64,000 nucleotides of DNA from Eledone cirrhosa (Eukaryota): the NCBI GenBank assembly GCA_964016885.1, contig OZ024740.1, positions 19,406,001 to 19,470,000 of the forward strand. Direction: 5' to 3'. Below are positions 57,618 to 64,000 of the stretch, in pieces. Both the position numbers and the translations under genes were made by a program. The stretch's first letter is position 1. Each line of letters opens with the position of its first letter. The notes beneath the pieces were generated by a model. That model had not been told where the DNA came from. It saw only the letters and a program-made list of their open reading frames with translations, and did not search any database.

Positions 57618-57662
<45 letters not shown>
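57618..57662. repeat. (TA)n microsatellite
   Basis: Directly visible. Confidence 0.97.
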
Positions 57663-57664
<2 letters not shown>

Positions 57665-57994
57665 AAAGGATAACAAGGACGATTGGTTACTCCTTCATTA
57701 CATTTATTGGTAGGTGACGCGCGTTTCGCCACTGATCAGCTCAATGTTCGATCTGTATCCATCCTACCCGCCTCAATGATCAGCAGCTCGACAGACCCTT
57801 TAAAATGCTATAAGAAATAAAGTGGCGAAACGCGCATCACCTACCAATAAATGTAATGAAGGAGTAACCAAGCGTCCTTGTTATCCTTTCAATATATTAC
57901 ACTCTGGCTAGCTCTACACCTCGACACTGAAGTGAACCTAAACATCGAGTGCTCACCCGGGTGAACCTGCAGTAACTCCAAGTTACACCCCCTG
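57657..57994 (+). mobile_element. Fold-back element C: 77-bp inverted arms, 87-bp spacer, ~97-bp tail, hammerhead-bearing (Penelope-like)
   Basis: Arms 57657-57733 and 57821-57897 are reverse complements with 2 mismatches. The tail 57898-57994 is structured (TCACCCGGGTGA palindrome, GTAACT-cca-AGTTAC hairpin). (TA)n lies on both sides. Confidence 0.7.
57712..57798 (-). ncRNA. Type I hammerhead ribozyme motif with long stem II and A6U core variant
   Basis: The minus strand reads GGGT, CTGTCGA, GCTGCTGATCA, a 38-nt loop, TGATCAGTGGC (11-bp stem II with two G-U), GAAA, CGCGCG-T (palindromic ACGCGCGT stem III), C, ACCT. Predicted cleavage is between 57716 and 57715. Confidence 0.7.
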
Positions 57995-58081
<87 letters not shown>

Positions 58082-58086
58082 TATAT
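57995..58086. repeat. (TA)n microsatellite
   Basis: Directly visible. Confidence 0.97.
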
Positions 58087-58087
58087 T

Positions 58088-58607
58088 TGAAAATGTGTGA
58101 GATCCTTGGGACAGTTAGGTATATTTGAAAGAGAAAAGGAAAAAGAATGACTTCACTTGTAGTTCTAAATAAATCTCGCCACTTTCACCCACCTTTCATA
58201 CACTTGCTGGGGTACAGCACTTCTCTCTCTCCATCCTGATTCTTCTTCCAAAGTGGTATTTGAAAAAAAGAATCAGTTGTTGGCCGGAGAGAAAGGTGTC
58301 TGACCTCAGCCCTTTTAACCTCGTCCACCATACAACCTCTTTCGCCATAGCTATCACACAAAGGAAAACCGCCTCTCCTTCGTTTTTGAAGGAGGGCGGC
58401 GGTTTGATCATGACAATGGACTCTGTGGTCAACCGGATTGGTCCCACCCGCGACAATAGTCGTTCTACATAGCCCCACAGGTCGGTAACGCCCGGGCAGT
58501 GTACGAATGCGTGCTCACACCGGTTGTCCGGTGAGGAATACGGGGAGGTGCCGCAGCCTGATCTCGTGTTTGCGCATCGTCAGCCACGGCATCCCCAGCC
58601 CTCCGTT
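58088..58607 (-). mobile_element. Decayed Tx1/L1-type LINE 3' fragment with internal deletion and frameshift
   Basis: Translates GGLGMPWLTMRKHEIRLRHLPVFLTGQPV (homologous to 62350-62440). This is fused to EHAFVHCPGVTDLWGYVERLLSRVGPIRLT...EVVWWTRLKGLRSD...YHFGRRIRMERE (homologous to ~61600-61924). There is a frameshift in a GA run and stops near the end. Confidence 0.9.
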
Positions 58608-58829
58608 GGTCCACCTCGTGCTCCTGGTGGACAGGATGGAAAAGACATTGCCTCGAATTTGATTTCTACACTTCTTTGTACATACAATTTCCTGACCTAT
58701 TCAGAAATATGTGAAAGCTATGTTAAGAATATGTCCAATGATCTAAAGACTAGTTTGGTAGATCACTGTAATGTGAAAATCTCGATTAAAACGTCCGATC
58801 ACTAGATCTACAATTGTTTCTTCTTTTAA

Positions 58830-58955
58830 AGTTTGTTTCGAACTCGGGGGCTCGTCAGGTCGGTGTCTATATTGGGTTCGTCGTGTGAAGTGACTGAGAG
58901 TATAAGACTCCCCATGGACAAGACGCCAGCCTATCGTAGCGTTAAAACCCCTGCT
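58830..58955 (-). mobile_element. SINE fragment resembling the V-SINE central domain and 3' part
   Basis: Minus-strand TAACGCTACGATAGGCTGGCGTCTTGTCCATGGGGAGT resembles the V-domain consensus (ACCCTGCGATGGACTGGCGTCCCGTCCAGGG) as recalled from memory. No tRNA head is visible. Confidence 0.55.
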
Positions 58956-58999
58956 ATACGTTTGTATGTATATGTTTATGTATACATACAAACTGTAAA

Positions 59000-59293
59000 G
59001 GCACCTGGCTTAGTGGTTAGGGTATTCGTCTCATGATCCTAACGTTGTGAGTTCGATTCCCGGCGGCACGATCTGTCTTTGAGTAAGACACTTTATTTCA
59101 CGTTGCTCCAGTCCACTCAAGTGGCAAAAATGAGTTGTACCAGTAATTCACATTCTGTATCACGCTGAATCTCCCTGAGAATTACATTAAAGGTACACGT
59201 GTCTGTGGAATGCTTAGCTACTTGCACGTAAATTTCACGAGCAGGCTGTTCCGTTGATCGTGGAACACTCGTCGTCGTAACCGACAGAGTGAC
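59000..59293 (+). mobile_element. tRNA-derived SINE
   Basis: A box TGGCTTAGTGG at 59006-59016 and B box GAGTTCGATTCC at 59049-59060, followed by a CORE-like segment TTGAGTAAGACACTTTATTTCACGTTGCTCCAGT shared with the neighbouring SINE. Confidence 0.85.
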
Positions 59294-59329
59294 ATATACA
59301 TACTACTCACGTTTCAAGCTTCTAGGTAA

Positions 59330-59611
59330 ATAAAGGGTACCCCCCCCCCCTTCTGTCACGAATGAGCATGGGATTTGAAGCTAGAATGTGTGCCTTCCGA
59401 AGTACAGGCCCGAGCAAGGTGCTTTTGTGGAAGATCATGCATACCAGACTCCCCTCCACACTGATGACGTGTAAAGGCCGATACAGCTGAGTAAACTGGA
59501 GCAACGTGAAATAAAGTGTTTTGCTCAAGAACACAATGCATCGCTCAGTCCTGGAATCGAACTCTCAACCTCACGATTGTGAAGCTGACACTGGCCACTA
59601 AAACACGCGCC
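59330..59611 (-). mobile_element. tRNA-derived SINE, related head and core but different 3' part
   Basis: The minus strand reads GGCGCGTGTTTTAGTGG (degenerate A box), GAGTTCGATTCC (B box), then TTGAGCAAAACACTTTATTTCACGTTGCTCCAGT. Confidence 0.85.
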
Positions 59612-59737
59612 TTCACTTCAATGTAATACATATCAGATTAATTTGTTCCAAGGTAAATAATACACTAAAATATTTTAGAGTAACCTCCCTTGCAGCAACA
59701 CTAATTACCTTACGTTTTTGAAGGAATAAAATGATTT

Positions 59738-59783
59738 GTATACACACATACATGCACAAGTACATCACATACACACACACGCG

Positions 59784-59857
<74 letters not shown>

Positions 59858-60013
59858 TACATACATACACACACACACACACATACACACACACATACCC
59901 ACACACACTCACATACACATACATACACACACACACACAAATACACACACACACATACATACATACACACAAAACACATACATACACACACACACACACG
60001 AATACACACACAC

Positions 60014-60064
<51 letters not shown>

Positions 60065-60340
60065 GACATATACACACCGAGACACAGACACATATACACA
60101 CACATACACTCATACACAGACATACACACACGCAGACGGACACACACACAGAGACATACACAGACACACACAGAGACATATATACACACATACACACACA
60201 CACACTGACACACAAACAGATGCACATACACAGACACAGACACATATACACATACACACACACAGACACACATATATACATACCTACACACATACATACA
60301 TACATACATACATACATACATACATACATACATACATACA

Positions 60341-60371
<31 letters not shown>

Positions 60372-60630
60372 GTGTGTGTGTGTGTGTGTATATATATATA
60401 CACATATAAAGAGAGGAGAGAGAAAAATATACATATATACATATATATATTGAAACAAAATGAAAACGAAATTTCATTTCTCACTCTTAGTATGGCACTT
60501 ACTTAAATGTAAGTATGCATGTATACGTACATACATATATGTATACAGACGTACAGTAGCATGCACATATATATATATACATATACATATATACATACAT
60601 ATGCATACAGGTACACATACATATATGCAC
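59738..60630. repeat. Compound (CA)n/(TA)n/(CATA)n/(TG)n microsatellite field
   Basis: Directly visible purine-pyrimidine alternating repeats, with a short unique interruption near 60450-60510. Confidence 0.97.
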
Positions 60631-60782
60631 GTATCAGTTTAGCGGCGCTAACGTCGCTTTGTTCGTTTGTAAACAAACTGAACAGCCTGAATTTATGTCA
60701 TACGGTGTTAAGGCAACCACGTCACCTTTTTGTTCAACACTGACACAGGAACGATGTACTAGTTTCAAGCTTGTTAGCTATC

Positions 60783-61290
60783 ATCGAAAGCCTTAGACTG
60801 ATCCAAGTTGATCAGGGCCCCACCGAAGCCGGGTTTACACCCTACCCTCTCTATGATGTATCGCATGAGGTGGAGGTTGTCGTGTATGGACCTGGTCGGG
60901 ATCGCGCATGTCTGCGCTTCTCCCACCAGGTTCTCGACGACAAGCGCCAGCCTCTTTGCCAACACCTTGGCCAAAATCTGTAACTCTGTGTTTAGCAGAG
61001 TTATGGGCCGGAAGTTGCCTATGTCATCCCCCTTATTCTCGTCCTTCCTGATTAGTGTGACCACGCCCCCGGTTACAGAACTGGGAATTCTCCCGTTCTG
61101 TTGCCAGTTGCAGTAGACCGCTTCCAGGAGACCGGAGAATAAGTCCGGCATTGCTACGTAAAATTCGTAGGGTAGACCGTCGAGACCTGGAGATTTGCGT
61201 TTGCCGCATTGGCTCAGCGCGTCCCCTATCTCAGTGGCTGAAATCGGCTTTTCGCAGAACTTCGCCTCGCTGTCCGAGAGTCGCGGTAGA
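60783..61290 (-). mobile_element. Internal fragment of an older related Tx1/L1-type LINE (N-terminal RT region)
   Basis: Translates LPRLSDSEAKFCEKPISATEIGDALSQCGKRKSPGLDGLPYEFY...NFRPITLLNTELQILAKVLAKRL...INLDQSKAFD. It is collinear with ~63199-63707 of the young element but diverged from it. Confidence 0.92.
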
Positions 61291-61308
61291 TAGATAGATA
61301 GATAGATA
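61287..61308 (-). repeat. (TCTA)n tail or target of the young LINE
   Basis: TAGATAGATAGATAGATAGATA on the + strand. On the minus strand it follows AATAAATAGAAATT at the end of the 3' UTR. Confidence 0.85.
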
Positions 61309-61540
61309 AATTTCTATTTATTTGCCACGAGGGCACAAAAGAAGGGGACATTTACACAGTGGGGGAGTTTACATAAATCGAGTAAAGAAAAAAGGAATAA
61401 CAATAATAATATAACAATAAAAAGTCCTCAAAAGGGAGGGGGCGTGTTGGGGATTGCACATACCCCCGAAAAGTGTGCAACTCTTTTCGCGGGGGAAGCC
61501 CAGAGAGGAGGCGCTCCCCCTTTCCTCTTCACTTCTTCAC

Positions 61541-64000
61541 CTACAGAACAATGTAGAGAGAAGGCCCATTTACACGGGCCATTCTCGCTTCTTTCACCCA
61601 CCTTTCATAAAACTGTCTGGGACCAAGCACTTCTCTCTCCATCCTGATTCTTCTTCCGAAGTGGTATCGGAAGAAGTAAACCAGGTGATGGCCGGAGAGA
61701 AAGTCACCCGACCTCAGACCTTTCAGGCGCGTCCACCACACAACCTCTTTCATCATGGCTATTACGCACAGAAAGACCGCCTCTGCTTCATTTCTGAAGG
61801 GAGGAGGCGGCTTGATGTTCACCACAGACTCGGCGGTTAATCGAATCGGCGCCACACGCGACAGCAGTCGTTCGACGTAGCCCCACAGATCGGCAACGCC
61901 CGGGCAGTGTACCAGTGCATGCGCAACGGTTTCCTCGTCGCGCACGCATCTGGGACAGATCTTTTTCGCGGGATCCCTGCCCGGGCGCCCGTGTCTGTAG
62001 AGCTTTTCTCGAACGGGCAGAGCCCCCCGGTAACACTGCCAGGCTAGGGACCTCTGGAAGTTGTCCATGGGTCCCGGGCCGAAAGTTCTACCGAACAGGC
62101 TGGCCAGTTCGTCCTCCTCCATGCCTAGCGACTCTCCAAGGGTGTCGTCGCCCCTGCTGGCCACCAACCCTCTATAGAATGTTGAGGTGGATTCTCCACT
62201 GACAGTCGGGTCCGCTTGCCAGATAGCCGTGAGCGCCTGGGCACACTCAGTGTGCCAGTTGCCCAGTTTTCTCGGTCTTTGCTTCACCCAGGATTGCAGT
62301 TCGGTGAGCGAGACGAGCTGTGGGAAGGCTCGCCTCACAAACGGGGCCCACACCGGCTGACCGTTGAGGAATACCTGTAGATGCCGTAGCCTCAATGCGT
62401 GCCTACGCATCAACAGCCACGGCATACCCAGCCCTCCTTTCGAAGGGTGCTGGCAGCAGATGGATCTCCTCACCATGGGAGGCCGCTTCTTCCAGAGGAA
62501 CTGGAAGAGCATGCGTTCCATGATGGTGAGCTTTTCCTTGGGGCAAGGCACGACGGTCAGGCGGTAGTAGATGACGGACGCTATGTAAGCGTTCGTCACC
62601 TCCGCCCGACCTTTCAGTGATAGTTTGCACTTGGCCCACTTCTGGGTCAGCGCAAACACCCTGCTCGTCACCTCGCCCCAATTCTTCTCCACCTGGAGGT
62701 CCGGTCCGAACCAGACCCCGAGCAGCTTCACCGGGCCCTCCGTCCACCGCCCGACGACACCGTCTAACGGCATCGGTTTGCCCCTCCACGTTCCGAGTTG
62801 CAAACCGACTGACTTGTCCTGGTTCAGCTTAGCCCCCGTCAGCCTTTCGTATTCCTCCAGTAGGGTGGCGATCGCCCCGATTTCCGAGGCGTCCGCCACC
62901 ATTACTGTTACGTCGTCGGCATAGGCCGAGACCGCTTTGTGCAATCCCGGTTCCAGGGGTATGCCCCGCAGCAACTCCAACTTCCGCAGCAGTGGCTCGA
63001 GAGTCAATACGTACAGAAGGGAGGAGAGGGGGCACCCCTGTCTGATGGATCGGGTGATTTGAAACGGCTCCGAGAGGTAGCCGTTTACTTTAATCCTAGA
63101 GTAGATGTTGCCACTGTGCATGGCAGAAATCCAGCCCCTGAAAACGGGTCCGAAGCCCGCCGCCGCTAGCACCGCATCCAGGTAACCATGGTCGACCCTA
63201 TCGAACGCCTTAGATTGATCCAAGTTGATCAGGGCCCCACCAAAGCCGGGTTCGTAGCCAACCCTCTCTATGATGTATCGCATGAGGTGGAGGTTGTCGT
63301 GAATGGACCTGGACGGGATAGCGCATGTCTGCGCGTCTCCCACCAAACCACCCACCACAAGCGCCAACCTCTTCGCCAACACCTTGGCCAAAATCTGTAA
63401 CTCTGCATTCAGCAGAGTTATGGGCCTAAAGTTACTTAAGTCGTCCCCCTTGCTCTCGTCCTTCCTCACTAGCGTGACCACGCCCTTGGTCACAGAACAG
63501 GGAATTCTCCCGTTCTGTTGCCAGTTGCAATAGACAGCCTCGAGGAGTTCGGAGAACAAGACCGGCATAGCTAAATAAAGTTCGTATGGTAGACCATCGA
63601 GACCCGGGGATTTGCGTCTGCTGCATTGGCTGAGCGCTTCCCCGATTTCAGTGGCTGTGATTGGCCCTTCGCAGCACTCCGCTTCGCCGCTCGAAAGACG
63701 CGGTAGACCGTCGAGGTATGGACCGAAGTCCACATCCCCGTCCGGCCCCCCGCCACCTCCGAACAGTCGAGCAAAGTGCCTTTGAAAGGTCTCGCACATT
63801 CGCTCAGGTTCAAGGATCACCCGTCCATCCTGGTCTCGCAAAGACCGAATGGTGGATTTAATCCCACTCTTGGCTTCTGTCACGCGGGCCCAGCTAACAG
63901 CTTTGGTCCCCTCGTTTCCTAAAGCACGTATTTTACTTCGGACAACGCAGCCTTCGTGCTTCGTGTCAAAGAACTGGCTCAATGCCGTTCTCGTCGCTAA
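61541..64000 (-). CDS. LINE ORF2 (partial): reverse transcriptase plus C-terminal CCHC zinc finger
   Basis: Motifs KSPGLDG, NFRPITLLN, LDQSKAFDRVDH, IRQGCPLS, YADD, LLGV, GGLG and CPRC-x8-H-x4-C. The frame stays open to the window edge, so 63982 is not the true start. Confidence 0.95.
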   Translation of the reverse strand, partial: LATRTALSQFFDTKHEGCVVRSKIRALGNEGTKAVSWARVTEAKSGIKSTIRSLRDQDGRVILEPERMCETFQRHFARLFGGGGGPDGDVDFGPYLDGLPRLSSGEAECCEGPITATEIGEALSQCSRRKSPGLDGLPYELYLAMPVLFSELLEAVYCNWQQNGRIPCSVTKGVVTLVRKDESKGDDLSNFRPITLLNAELQILAKVLAKRLALVVGGLVGDAQTCAIPSRSIHDNLHLMRYIIERVGYEPGFGGALINLDQSKAFDRVDHGYLDAVLAAAGFGPVFRGWISAMHSGNIYSRIKVNGYLSEPFQITRSIRQGCPLSSLLYVLTLEPLLRKLELLRGIPLEPGLHKAVSAYADDVTVMVADASEIGAIATLLEEYERLTGAKLNQDKSVGLQLGTWRGKPMPLDGVVGRWTEGPVKLLGVWFGPDLQVEKNWGEVTSRVFALTQKWAKCKLSLKGRAEVTNAYIASVIYYRLTVVPCPKEKLTIMERMLFQFLWKKRPPMVRRSICCQHPSKGGLGMPWLLMRRHALRLRHLQVFLNGQPVWAPFVRRAFPQLVSLTELQSWVKQRPRKLGNWHTECAQALTAIWQADPTVSGESTSTFYRGLVASRGDDTLGESLGMEEDELASLFGRTFGPGPMDNFQRSLAWQCYRGALPVREKLYRHGRPGRDPAKKICPRCVRDEETVAHALVHCPGVADLWGYVERLLSRVAPIRLTAESVVNIKPPPPFRNEAEAVFLCVIAMMKEVVWWTRLKGLRSGDFLSGHHLVYFFRYHFGRRIRMEREVLGPRQFYERWVKEARMARVNGPSLYIVL

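Larger units (their letters stand above)
61287..64000 (-). mobile_element. Young Tx1-group (L1 clade) non-LTR retrotransposon, 5' part outside the window
   Basis: Uninterrupted ORF2, a ~230-bp 3' UTR with AATAAA, a simple-repeat tail, and GC/CpG-rich sequence relative to the flanks. Confidence 0.92.

Noticed and set aside
58825-58865. Hammerhead-like CTGACGA...GAAAC on the minus strand
   Set aside because: There is no proper stem II beyond one G-C pair and no matching stem I/III with a UH site. It lies in the 3' part of a SINE fragment.
59000-59070. tRNA gene
   Set aside because: A and B boxes are present, but there is no complete cloverleaf or terminator and the sequence continues into a SINE core.
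59613-60743. ORFs rich in CV/HT/YI dipeptides
   Set aside because: They are translations of CA/TA/CATA microsatellites.
61444-63861. Short overlapping and antisense ORFs within the LINE
   Set aside because: They are shadow frames of a GC-rich coding sequence with no recognisable motifs.

Overview
Eukaryotic (animal) repeat-rich DNA. The SINE, LINE and microsatellite make-up resembles a mollusc or cephalopod genome; that is an inference, not a database result. Bases 1-56122 are one uninterrupted 48-bp tandem satellite (~1,170 units, consensus ATGTTACCTTCTTTTTCAACTGACTTACTCTCACCTAAAACCTCTACC) with kb-scale higher-order duplications and spatial zoning of variants. The long ORFs in it are best explained as by-products of a stop-free 48-nt unit. 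On the minus strand the array starts exactly at a 3' splice-site-like sequence, and its terminal unit reads as a 27-nt phase-1 microexon with a perfect AG|GTGAGT donor. The satellite may therefore be an amplified exon/5'-splice-site junction. The last 8 kb hold an RTE LINE 3' end and three different fold-back elements embedded in (TA)n. These carry hammerhead-ribozyme motifs (complete in two, 3' half only in the third) and resemble Penelope-like elements. Also present are three SINE copies, CA/TA microsatellites, two decayed Tx1-type LINE pieces, and a young Tx1/L1-type LINE with an open ORF2 and a (TCTA)n tail that appears inserted into an older relative.
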